Origin: an uncultured bacterium
GTDB lineage: Bacteria > Abyssobacteria > SURF-5 > CBDUXP01
Assembly (NCBI GenBank): GCA_965371225.1
Contig: CBDUXP010000001.1
Span: 71,883-135,882 of the forward strand
Reading direction: 5' to 3'
Length of the DNA stretch: 64,000 bases
Part shown: positions 39,563 to 48,027 of the stretch, one piece after another
Layout of the letters: each line of letters opens with the position of its first letter
Numbering within the stretch: the stretch's first letter is position 1
Program-made: the position numbers and the translations under genes
Notes under the pieces: model-generated
The model's database searches: none
Told to the model about the DNA's origin: nothing
Seen by the model: the letters and a program-made list of their open reading frames with translations, nothing else

Positions 39563-41452
39563 CTATTGTACCGGGTCGCGCGGTCGGGTCCTGGCCAGCG
39601 CGGCGAGTACCGCCTCCACCGCCGCGTCATACGCGGCCTCCGCCGCGGCCACGCGCTGTTCGGCCGCGTGGATGTCCGCGTCCTGTGCGGCGTCCGGCAC
39701 CGCCGTGTCCTCGCGCGCCCAAGCCGCAGACTGAATTTCAGTGAACCGCAAGCGGGTTTCGTGTCCGTCGGCCTTGCGCACGCGCAGGGAGTCGCGCTGC
39801 TGTTCGAGAATGGTGCACGGGATCACCCGTCCGCTGCCCAGGCGGATGAGGTCTGCGAACGCGTCGGCCGCCGGCCGCGGGGCATCCGGAGGGGGCACGG
39901 CCCGCAGGATGCACTGCACTTCGGCCACCGGAATACGGACCCGCCGCCCGTCGGCGCGCTCCACCCAGAGGGAACTCGGCTTCTCCACCTCGATGCGACA
40001 CTGCACCGCCGGGCCCATGCGCATGATGAGCCGATCCGGATACGTCTGGTGCGTTTCCACCATCATCGTGCCGGCCTCGGTCCGCCGGCCACCGCGCCGC
40101 AGCACCGCCAGGTCCTGGCGTTCGGCGCGCACGGCGGCCCAGCCTTCGGCCAACGCGCGCACCTCCGGTAGCGGTGGCGCGACCGCGGGCGCCGGCAACG
40201 CGGTCGCGGCCTCCGCCAGCAGGGTCGGGATCGAATCGGGGCCGGCCGCCGGTCCATGGTGCGCGACCCACTGCGCGTAGTACGCCCGGGCCCACTGGTC
40301 GCTCTCCGCACGCAGCACGGTATCGTCCAGTCCGAACCCATAGGGTTCCGGGTCGAGCACGGCCAACGGGAGCGCGATCTCCCCCACCTCCGCCACGGTG
40401 AGCAGGGCCTTGTCCCCTTCGAAATGCCCCGCGCTCCCACAGAGTTCCCCCCCATTGCGACAGCAGAGGATCACGCGCCGCTGCCGCGCGGACTCCAATA
40501 GCCGCGTGTAGGCCAGGTCCGTGAGGGCCGCCAGCGGATCGTCCACCGGCGGGGCCGTGTCCGCCGGGGGCCTGAACCCCCTGCCCACCGCACCGGTCGT
40601 GCGCGTGCCGCGGGCGGAACTGCGCTCCCCGTGCCCCTTCGCCACCGCCCGCAGGTCGGCCACCACCTCCGCGCACGTGGCGTATCGCTCCGCGGGCGCC
40701 TTAGCGAGCATCTGGAGCACGATCTCCTCGATCCCCACGGGAATCTCCGGCACCAGCGTGCGCGGCGCTGCCGGCTCGTCCCACTGGTGCTGTTGCAAGA
40801 GTACGAGCAGGTCGGGATGATCAAAGGGCAGGGCCCCGGTCAGCAACTCGTAGAACACCACGCCCAAGGAATACACATCGCTCGCGGGCGTCGCCTGCCG
40901 GCCCGCGGCCTGTTCGGGGGACATGAAGGCCGGCGTGCCCACGAGGGTGCCGCTCGAGGTGAGACCGACCTCGTCGGCGTCTTGCTGGCGCGCCACGCCG
41001 AAGTCCATGACCTTGACCCGCCCGTTCGAGTCGAGGGCCAAGTTTTCGGGCTTGAGATCGCGATGCACGACTCCCGCCTCGTGCGCGGCGTGGACGCCCT
41101 GACAGGCTTGGGCCATCACGCGCAGGGCGCTGCGTGGGGAAAAGCGCCCATCCCGCTCCAAGCGTTCCTTGATCGTGCGGTCGTTCACCAATTCCATGGC
41201 GAAGTAGTGGGCGCGCTCATGTTCGCCGATGCCGAGGATGCGCACGATGTTCGGGTGGTTGAGTTTCGCGATCCCGCGCGCTTCGCGGCGGAAGCGCTCA
41301 ATGAACGTCGCGTCATCGGAGAGATGCGCGTGCAGGACTTTGACGGCCACCGGCCGGTCCAGACTGACCTGGCGCGCCTGGTAGACCGTGCCCATTGCTC
41401 CGCGGCCCAGCTCCCGTTCCACGATGAACCCCCCGAGCTGGACGCCGATCAT
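39563..41452 (-). CDS. Hanks-type Ser/Thr protein kinase with extracytoplasmic domain (kinase 3 of 3)
   Basis: GRGAMGTVYQA ... VAVKVL ... VVHRDLKPENLAL ... DFGVA ... GTPAFMSPEQ. ~330-aa C-terminal domain. Confidence 0.8.
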   Translation of the reverse strand: MIGVQLGGFIVERELGRGAMGTVYQARQVSLDRPVAVKVLHAHLSDDATFIERFRREARGIAKLNHPNIVRILGIGEHERAHYFAMELVNDRTIKERLERDGRFSPRSALRVMAQACQGVHAAHEAGVVHRDLKPENLALDSNGRVKVMDFGVARQQDADEVGLTSSGTLVGTPAFMSPEQAAGRQATPASDVYSLGVVFYELLTGALPFDHPDLLVLLQQHQWDEPAAPRTLVPEIPVGIEEIVLQMLAKAPAERYATCAEVVADLRAVAKGHGERSSARGTRTTGAVGRGFRPPADTAPPVDDPLAALTDLAYTRLLESARQRRVILCCRNGGELCGSAGHFEGDKALLTVAEVGEIALPLAVLDPEPYGFGLDDTVLRAESDQWARAYYAQWVAHHGPAAGPDSIPTLLAEAATALPAPAVAPPLPEVRALAEGWAAVRAERQDLAVLRRGGRRTEAGTMMVETHQTYPDRLIMRMGPAVQCRIEVEKPSSLWVERADGRRVRIPVAEVQCILRAVPPPDAPRPAADAFADLIRLGSGRVIPCTILEQQRDSLRVRKADGHETRLRFTEIQSAAWAREDTAVPDAAQDADIHAAEQRVAAAEAAYDAAVEAVLAALARTRPRDPVQ

Positions 41453-41462
41453 CGTGCGCGGC

Positions 41463-42302
41463 TCACGGGGCCGCCGCGTCGGACGGGCCTACGACGTAGC
41501 TCAGCGCCTGCACCGGGTCGCCCCGCGCCACGAGCAGGCGCTCGAGCCGTTTGCGCGCCTTCACCACCAGGACATTGATCCGCTCGGTGACGGCGTCCCC
41601 GTTGGCGCGCACCGCGTCCGCATCCGCCGTCGCGGTACTGACCTGCCCCTTGAGCACCGCGATCTGTCTCGACCGCTCCTCCATTCGCTCCAGGTCCGGC
41701 TCCCGCGGCACCATCATGCGCGCCGTCTCAATCTTCCGGGTGAGGAGTCCGATTTCCTGTTGCAGGACAACGAGTTCCGCCTGGTACGCACGCAACCGGT
41801 CTTCTTTCCCCAGGACGGCCTGATAGGTGGCCGGCGTCATCCAGACCCCGTAGTAAAACTGGTGTCCGGCAGCGGCTTCTTCGCGACTCAGGGTAACGGC
41901 AGCGCGACGTGCGACGGCCTTCGCCGTGATGCGGGCCTCCCGCTCTTCGGGCGTTATCCATTCGCCCTCGTATGCGATCAAGCCGAGGGCCTCCCGCTGC
42001 AAACGTTCCACCTGCGTGCGCCGTTCGCGCGCGCGGGCGCGGGCCCCCTCGGCGGCTCGGGCCGCTTGCCACCGCTTGCGATGCTGCTGGTTCGTCTCCT
42101 CGGGCTCGCGGCTGATGGCGACGACTTTGTGGCGCGGCAGTGAGGCGCGTCCCATCTCGGTTTCGAAGGTCACCCACTCCTCGGTGACCTCGAGAATCAC
42201 GCACTCCTGCGACATGGCGGTGTCGAGATGGATGACGTCCGCGGACGCGGGCCCCGCGCCGGCCAGCAGCCCGATCCAGAGCGCCCAGGGCCCGAGACGC
42301 AT
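41463..42302 (-). CDS. Secreted coiled-coil protein, hypothetical
   Basis: Start trimmed to MRLGPWALWIGLLAGAGPASADV, a signal peptide. The rest is heptad-rich and charged (ERRTQVERLQREAL..., VLQQEIGLLTRKIETARMM). Immediately downstream of kinase 3. Confidence 0.45.
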   Translation of the reverse strand: MRLGPWALWIGLLAGAGPASADVIHLDTAMSQECVILEVTEEWVTFETEMGRASLPRHKVVAISREPEETNQQHRKRWQAARAAEGARARARERRTQVERLQREALGLIAYEGEWITPEEREARITAKAVARRAAVTLSREEAAAGHQFYYGVWMTPATYQAVLGKEDRLRAYQAELVVLQQEIGLLTRKIETARMMVPREPDLERMEERSRQIAVLKGQVSTATADADAVRANGDAVTERINVLVVKARKRLERLLVARGDPVQALSYVVGPSDAAAP

Positions 42303-42603
42303 GGTCAGGCGCTCGGGTCGGCGCGCTCCTGCGGGGCCGCCACGCCGGATTGACTGAAATCGCGCACGCGCAGCAGGGTGTCGAATATGGCGCCCGGCAC
42401 AAGGAGGCAAAAGAGGCCGTGGACGCGGCGGCCTCGGCGCTCCGTGGATTTCGGTGCGGTCATGCGTGCCCAACGCCTCCAGGCATGCCCAAGCCCCGCA
42501 TACCCCGCCGGATTATACCACCGGCGGTGGTGCCCACAGATGGCCCTGCGGCTGCGCTGCAGGCCCCAGTTGCGTGCGGCGCGAGCCCCGCCCGGCCGTG
42601 AGG

Positions 42604-43890
42604 TCAACCAGGGGCGCCTGAGGTCGGGGGCGCGCCGCCGGGCTCCGCGGTTCCCGGGCCGGTAGCCCCGGGGACGAAGTAGTTGATCATATACACCCCC
42701 GGGGGGCCTTCCGCGCGATATTGGCGCAGCATCGCCGCGCTCTGGGAGACGGGGTACGTGAGCCACACCGCGGCCAACACCAGCGCACCCGCCCGGCACG
42801 TTCGGGACATGTGGAAGCGGGCACCCACCCACGCGACGGCCTCATCGGCCAGCCCAACCAGGGTAAGCACCGCGAACACATAGCCCGGGGAGGCCAGACG
42901 CATGCGGATGGGGTTGTAACTCGCCAGCCGCGACACAACCAGTAACAGGGCCATGAACATGAGGACGGCGAGCGGCGGCACCAGGGTGGCGGCGCCCGTG
43001 CCGTGGCGCCAGCTGCGCCACACGGCCACCATCGCCAGGCTCAACACACCGGTACCGATCGCGCATTGCACCAGAGGCGGCCCGAGCATGCACCACTCGC
43101 CCATCGCCCCGGCCGCCAGGGCGGCGTCTTGCAGCAGCGTGCGCTCGGGCGGGAATCGCAACCCCGTCCACATGCCGGACACCAGGTAGTTGCGGATCAG
43201 CCAAAGCGTCAGCGGCACGAGGCTCAGCAAGAGGAACCCGCTCGCCTGCAAGAACCGGCGGCGAGCACCCGTGCCAGCCGTGGGGGCGAGTAGCACGAGG
43301 GCGCCGGTGCCGACCACCGCGACTCCCATGTAGCGTTCCACGCAGGCCAGGGCCGCGCCGAGTACGGCGACGCCGAACCAGGCGGGATGTCCGCGACGCC
43401 GGAATTCCACGATGCCGGCCAGCGTCACGAGCGCGAGCAAGATGAAGAGCGGTTCCGCGGTGACCTGCGCCGCCACGAACAGGAGCGGGTGCCCCAGGGC
43501 CACCCACAGGATGCACACCAGCACGGCGCCGACGGACCGCCGGCTCGCGCGACACAGTGCGGCACACAGGGGAACGCTCAAGCCCAGACTGAGCGCGTTG
43601 AGCGTGCGCGCGGCAGTCACGGGGTCGAACCCCATCGCGCCGAAGGCGGCCAAGCTCGCGGGATACAGGGGCGGCCACAGGGTCAGCGGCATCCCCGGCT
43701 GCACTTCCAGGCCGCGGCCTTCCAGCAGACTGGCGGCCGTATAGGTGTACAGGACGGAGTCCTGATAACCCCCGATCCCGTGGGGGGCCGTGGCCAACCA
43801 GACCAAGAGCATGACCGCCACGCCGCCGAGGCCGGCGCCGACCGCCACGATGGCTGCGCCGCGGCCTGGCGCGCCCGTGTCCTCAGTCAC
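42604..43890 (-). CDS. Polytopic membrane glycosyltransferase, GT39/ArnT/PMT-like
   Basis: 428 aa with ~10 hydrophobic helices. General resemblance to the dolichyl/undecaprenyl-phosphate-sugar-dependent GT-C fold. No rigorous motif match was made. Confidence 0.45.
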   Translation of the reverse strand: MTEDTGAPGRGAAIVAVGAGLGGVAVMLLVWLATAPHGIGGYQDSVLYTYTAASLLEGRGLEVQPGMPLTLWPPLYPASLAAFGAMGFDPVTAARTLNALSLGLSVPLCAALCRASRRSVGAVLVCILWVALGHPLLFVAAQVTAEPLFILLALVTLAGIVEFRRRGHPAWFGVAVLGAALACVERYMGVAVVGTGALVLLAPTAGTGARRRFLQASGFLLLSLVPLTLWLIRNYLVSGMWTGLRFPPERTLLQDAALAAGAMGEWCMLGPPLVQCAIGTGVLSLAMVAVWRSWRHGTGAATLVPPLAVLMFMALLLVVSRLASYNPIRMRLASPGYVFAVLTLVGLADEAVAWVGARFHMSRTCRAGALVLAAVWLTYPVSQSAAMLRQYRAEGPPGVYMINYFVPGATGPGTAEPGGAPPTSGAPG

Positions 43891-44464
43891 CGCCGGGCGA
43901 ACCGCGGCGCGCCATACGCGAACACGGTGCTCCGCACGCTGGGGTCAGATCCGCCCGTGACCACGCCCTCGCCACCGTGTGATCCAGGCTTGCGGCGAAG
44001 TGACGCGCGCGACCAACGCGCGCGCACGACCGAGGGGGCCGGTGGGTCGTGCCGGCTGCGCGTGTTCGGCGAGCCCGCTCCGGATGGCGGCGGCGAACTG
44101 GCGGAGCGCCCGTTGCCGTTGCGCGGATTCGGCCCGCCGGCGCGGGGAGGGCAGGCGAGCGCCGCGGCGGGCGTGGTAGTGCGCAGTTGCTTCGGCCCAA
44201 GCGATGACGTCGGCAGCGGACGCGGCCAGATTCGGCCGTGGCGGCACGGTCCCCGCTGGCGCCTCGGCGGCTTCGGCGATCAGCGCGGTGACAGGATCAG
44301 GCCCAGCGCCGGCCCGCGCGCACCACTGGCGCACGTAGCGCCGGTAGCCGGCGGCGACGGCCGGGTCGAGGGTCGGCGGCAGCGACACGCGCAACCGCCA
44401 CCCGCCTAGCGCTTGAGCGCCTCCGTCTGGACGGTCGTCGCGTGCGGCACGGGCGGGGTCGGGC

Positions 44465-44671
44465 TCACGCACTCCTCTTATTATGAACCCGGTCTGCGTC
44501 GTAGTCCATCCACTTGCCGGCCAGCGTGGACAAGACGTCCACGAGGCCGCTGACCACGACGTTGCCGGGCCCATCGTCCGGCTTGTCCTGTGCCGACCGG
44601 GGGGACCCGGTCTTGTTTTCGAGCCCCTCGGCCCATTTTTTGGTCCGACGTTCCGGATTGCGGTTCGTCAT
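44465..44671 (-). CDS. Small basic hypothetical protein (68 aa)
   Basis: Strong RBS GGAGAGGAG 7 nt upstream of the ATG (MTNRNPERRTKKWAEGLENKTGSP...). GC3 is about 81%. Confidence 0.35.
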   Translation of the reverse strand: MTNRNPERRTKKWAEGLENKTGSPRSAQDKPDDGPGNVVVSGLVDVLSTLAGKWMDYDADRVHNKRSA

Positions 44672-44844
44672 GTTGGTGCTCCTCTCCAAAACCTTCACCC
44701 ATGAAGACGGGCACGAAGCATGCCGACGTGTCGGTACGCGGAAGCGGTTGCGGCCCAGGAGGTTCGGGCCGATGCGTCAGGTGTCGGCGGGGGCCAACGG
44801 CAGATTCCGGCCCCCCAGGGGCAGCCTTTGCCGGTCGCGGCGGG

Positions 44845-46017
44845 TCACGCCACCGGCGCGGCGACCGGGTCGACCGCCCCGAGCCCTCGCTGGGGCCAGA
44901 GGGCGCCGACGATTACGCCGTAGAGGCCGCCGACGGGCACCAGCTTCCACGTGTGGTAGAGGATGAGCTGCCCGTGCGTCCAGTGGGGCGTGGGATTGGT
45001 GCGCCGGCCGATTTCGGGCAGGTCGAGGAACACGAACAGCGATGGCAGTGCGAGCCACACGAACAGGACGAGCAGGCGCGGGCGCGGCTCGCGAAGGTAC
45101 AGCAGCACCACCACGGGGACCAGCAGCAGGTAATGATGCTCCCACACGAACGTCTGGACGAAGTAGAACGTGCAGATCCAGAGGCCCACGTACAGGCGCA
45201 AATCGCGCGACCGGCTCAGAAACGTGAGCATGATCCCGAACGCGAGGCAGAAGTAGCCCACCATGCGCGGTAGCACCTGGCCGCCCGTCAGGTGGTACAG
45301 CAGGACTTTGAGCCCGTGATTCCCACTGGTCAGCGCCAGGGGGGAGACGTCGCGCGCGGCCGCCCAGTCCATGAAGAACCGCCAGTCCGCCGGATGTGCG
45401 ATGGCAAAGTAGGGCACGAAGGTCGCCAGCAGGCCGGCGGCGCACAGCCCGAGCGGCCACCACTGCCGAAACTTCACCAGCAGGGGCCCGAACAGGAGCG
45501 GGAACAGCTTGATCACCGTCAGCACGGTGAAGAGGCCGGCCGCGGGCCAGGCGCGGTCGCGCTCGAACGCGCGCACGAGCGCGAACACGCCGACGGCCAT
45601 GAGCACGTTGATCTGCCCCATGTACACGTCCACGTACCAGGGGGAATAGGCGAACCACATGGCGGCCGCGACGCAGCCGACGTCGCGCGCGTCCGCGAGG
45701 CGATACGTCCACCAGGCGGCGCCCCACGTGAGGAGGGTCATGCCGCCCACCCACACCGCGTAGGCCGTCCACGGCCGGAGCAGGGTGAGGGGAATCCCGA
45801 TGGCGTACGCGACGAAGGGCGGGTAGTGATTCCCGTACTGGTACGGCACCACCAGCCCCGCCGGGGCGTCCGGCGTCCGCGCCTGGTAAATGCTCCAGCC
45901 CTGCCGGGCGTCGTACCCACTCTGGTAAAACTGGAAGAAGTCCGCCCCCATGCCGAGGGTGTGCATCGAATCGTTGAACAGGCGGTCGAGCCCGACCGGC
46001 CCCGTGCCGCGTTGCAC
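44845..46017 (-). CDS. GT87/DUF2029-family membrane mannosyltransferase-like protein (PimE-like)
   Basis: 390 aa, 9-10 TM helices, W/Y-rich loops typical of DUF2029. The frame stays open upstream to 46185 and includes a further TM helix, so the true start may be a non-ATG/GTG codon upstream of 46017. Confidence 0.5.
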   Translation of the reverse strand: MQRGTGPVGLDRLFNDSMHTLGMGADFFQFYQSGYDARQGWSIYQARTPDAPAGLVVPYQYGNHYPPFVAYAIGIPLTLLRPWTAYAVWVGGMTLLTWGAAWWTYRLADARDVGCVAAAMWFAYSPWYVDVYMGQINVLMAVGVFALVRAFERDRAWPAAGLFTVLTVIKLFPLLFGPLLVKFRQWWPLGLCAAGLLATFVPYFAIAHPADWRFFMDWAAARDVSPLALTSGNHGLKVLLYHLTGGQVLPRMVGYFCLAFGIMLTFLSRSRDLRLYVGLWICTFYFVQTFVWEHHYLLLVPVVVLLYLREPRPRLLVLFVWLALPSLFVFLDLPEIGRRTNPTPHWTHGQLILYHTWKLVPVGGLYGVIVGALWPQRGLGAVDPVAAPVA

Positions 46018-46185
46018 GCCGCGAAACGCGCCAAACAGGTTCGCCAGGAACAGGAGGTGGATGAGGATGGCGGCGCCAAGGACGGCGCGGGCCAGAGTCA
46101 GGTGGCGCGGTGGAATAGCGCTGGGCGCGACGACCCCCGCAATCCGCTCAGCCGGCGCGCCGGCGCACGCGGACGCCGGCGGTTC

Positions 46186-46908
46186 TCACGCCCGCTCCGC
46201 GTGCCATTTGCGGTACGGCTTCACGAGCAGGTAGTACCACACGACCTTGCCGACGCGCAGGGAATCGCGCACGGGGCCGAAATTCGATGCGCGTTCCGCA
46301 TCGGGATTGTAGATCGTGCTGATCGGGGCGCCGATGATCTGGTAGCCGAGACGGGAGGCGACGATCAGGAACGCCGTTTCCGTTTCGTACCGGCCTGCGC
46401 GCAAGTACGGGAGAATCGCTTCCATGGTCTCGCGCGTGAACAGCCGGAACCCCGACTGCGTATCGGAGATCGGCTGGCGACACGCGATGCTGATTAAGTA
46501 CGTGCTGAGCCAGTTGCCAAAGCGCCGGCGGAATTTGATGTCGCTGCGCAACACGTTGCGCGAGCCGATGACCACGCACTTCACCTCGCCCCGGTAGTAC
46601 TGCTGCAGCTTGAAGAGTTCGCGCGGCTGATGCTGGCCGTCCGCATCCAACGTGACCACCATGTCCACGTCGGCGTAGGCGGGGTCCGTGGCGATGGTCC
46701 GGAACGCGGACAGCAGCGCGGCACCCTTGCCCTGGTTTCGCTCGTGCGTGATCACATGGGCGGGTGTTCCGGACAGGACCGCCGCGGTGGCATCGGTCGA
46801 CCCGTCATCCACCACCAGGACCCGGTCCACATACTGGGCGGTTTCTTGAATGATGGGTTCGCACAGGTCGCCCACGTTGTAACACGGGATGACAGCACAT
46901 GTGGCCAT
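46186..46908 (-). CDS. GT2 family glycosyltransferase (polyprenol-phosphate mannose/glucose synthase, Ppm1/DPM1-like)
   Basis: MATCAVIPCYNVGD ... VLVVDDGSTD ... TLDADGQH ... QSGFRLF. Start trimmed to MATCAVIP at 46908. Confidence 0.75.
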   Translation of the reverse strand: MATCAVIPCYNVGDLCEPIIQETAQYVDRVLVVDDGSTDATAAVLSGTPAHVITHERNQGKGAALLSAFRTIATDPAYADVDMVVTLDADGQHQPRELFKLQQYYRGEVKCVVIGSRNVLRSDIKFRRRFGNWLSTYLISIACRQPISDTQSGFRLFTRETMEAILPYLRAGRYETETAFLIVASRLGYQIIGAPISTIYNPDAERASNFGPVRDSLRVGKVVWYYLLVKPYRKWHAERA

Positions 46909-47265
46909 AGTCTGCGGCTCCTCAGTGCGCACACCGCCCAAGAACCGGGGGAGGATCGGCGGCCGGCACAAGCCCGAATTATACCGAAATTGCCGCCTGG
47001 AACGGAGGGCCCTGCCCCCGCGGTAGGGGAAGATGCCCCGAAGCACGGGGGTTCGGCGTCCCGCTGCGCCGCGGCCAGGCCCGGCACAACGCTCACGCGC
47101 AGCAGGACGCAGGCGCCCGCGCGGGACCCATGGGGGCGGGAGTGGGCAGGGGCGTGGCAAAAGTGTGAACCGGCCTACATTAAGCCGGGGCACGCGCCGG
47201 TTTAGACTATCCCGCGTTCAGGGCTCGGCCGGGCCCGCAGCAGACGACCACGGACGGGGGTCACA

Positions 47266-48027
47266 ATGACGGCGACGACGGGATTCTGGTTGGCAGTGCT
47301 CGGTTTCGGATTGGCAGCGGGCAATTGGGCGGTCTACTGGCCCAAGATCAAGGCGATGCGCGTTCCCCTGCGGCCCGTGGGGCACCAGGCGGTCATGGTC
47401 GCGGTGCTGGTGCTCGCGGTCCTCGCGTTCGCCAACGGTCCAGGCCTGCTCGGCGGCATCCTGGCAGGGTTGGCGATCCCGCTGGCGGGCATGTTTCTGT
47501 TCTTCACACTGCGAAGCACCATGCCCAAGAATATTCCGGCGGTGGCGGTCGGGAAGCCGATCCTCGATTTCACCGCAAAGCGGGCGGACGGGCAGGACTT
47601 CGCCCTGGGCTCCCTGCGCGGCGCCCCCTTTCTGCTGAAGTTCTTCCGCGGCCACTGGTGACCGTACTGCGTCGCTGAGTTGCAGCGATGGGAAGCGTTC
47701 AAGGGCCAGTTCGAAGCCAAGGGGGTGCGCATGGTCGCCATCAGCCCGGACACGCACGCGGAGACGGCGGAGGCGGTCGCGAAGCACGGCTTCACGATGA
47801 CGATGCTGAGCGATGAGCCACTCACGGTAGTCGACCAATACAACCTGCGCCACGACCGGGCGATCGCGCCCAAGCCCGGGCGGCCGATGGTGCGGGCGCT
47901 GGCGGTGCCCACTACGTTCCTGGTGGACAGCGCGGGGGTGGTGAAATGGATCGACCAGGCTGAGGATTACCGCGTGCGCTCCGACGCGGACCGCGTGTTG
48001 GCCGCGATCCAGGAACACCTGCCTTGA
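47266..48027 (+). CDS. Membrane-anchored AhpC/TSA-redoxin-family thiol:disulfide oxidoreductase, predicted selenoprotein. UxxC motif with in-frame TGA at 47659..47661.
   Basis: ORFs 47266..47661 and 47680..48027 share a frame and are split only by TGA. The junction reads ...[48 protein letters not shown]..., with Sec where the first Cys of WCPYC belongs. Three N-terminal TM helices. A SECIS-like hairpin begins 8 nt after the UGA. Confidence 0.6.
47670..47690 (+). promoter_or_regulatory. Candidate SECIS hairpin for Sec-redoxin 1
   Basis: CGUCGCUG-AGUUG-CAGCGAUG. 8-bp stem including one G-U pair. Loop AGUUG is identical to that of the paralog. Confidence 0.5.

Noticed and set aside
43945-44574. 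209-aa minus-strand ORF between the GT39-like and GT87 genes
   Set aside because: Hand-counted GC3 is only ~70%, against 85-90% for confident genes here. It overlaps out of frame the RBS-supported small gene at 44465..44671. No domain or signal was recognised. A shorter real gene inside it cannot be excluded.
46186-46188. TGA at the end of the GT2 gene read as a possible Sec codon, with the GT2 and GT87 proteins fused
   Set aside because: There is no catalytic or Cys-equivalent context at this position. The downstream palindrome CGCCGGCG-N8-CGCCGGCG lacks the GAGUU-type loop seen in the three convincing SECIS candidates. An ordinary stop with a non-canonical start for the next gene is simpler. 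It is kept as a low-level note within the glycosylation finding.
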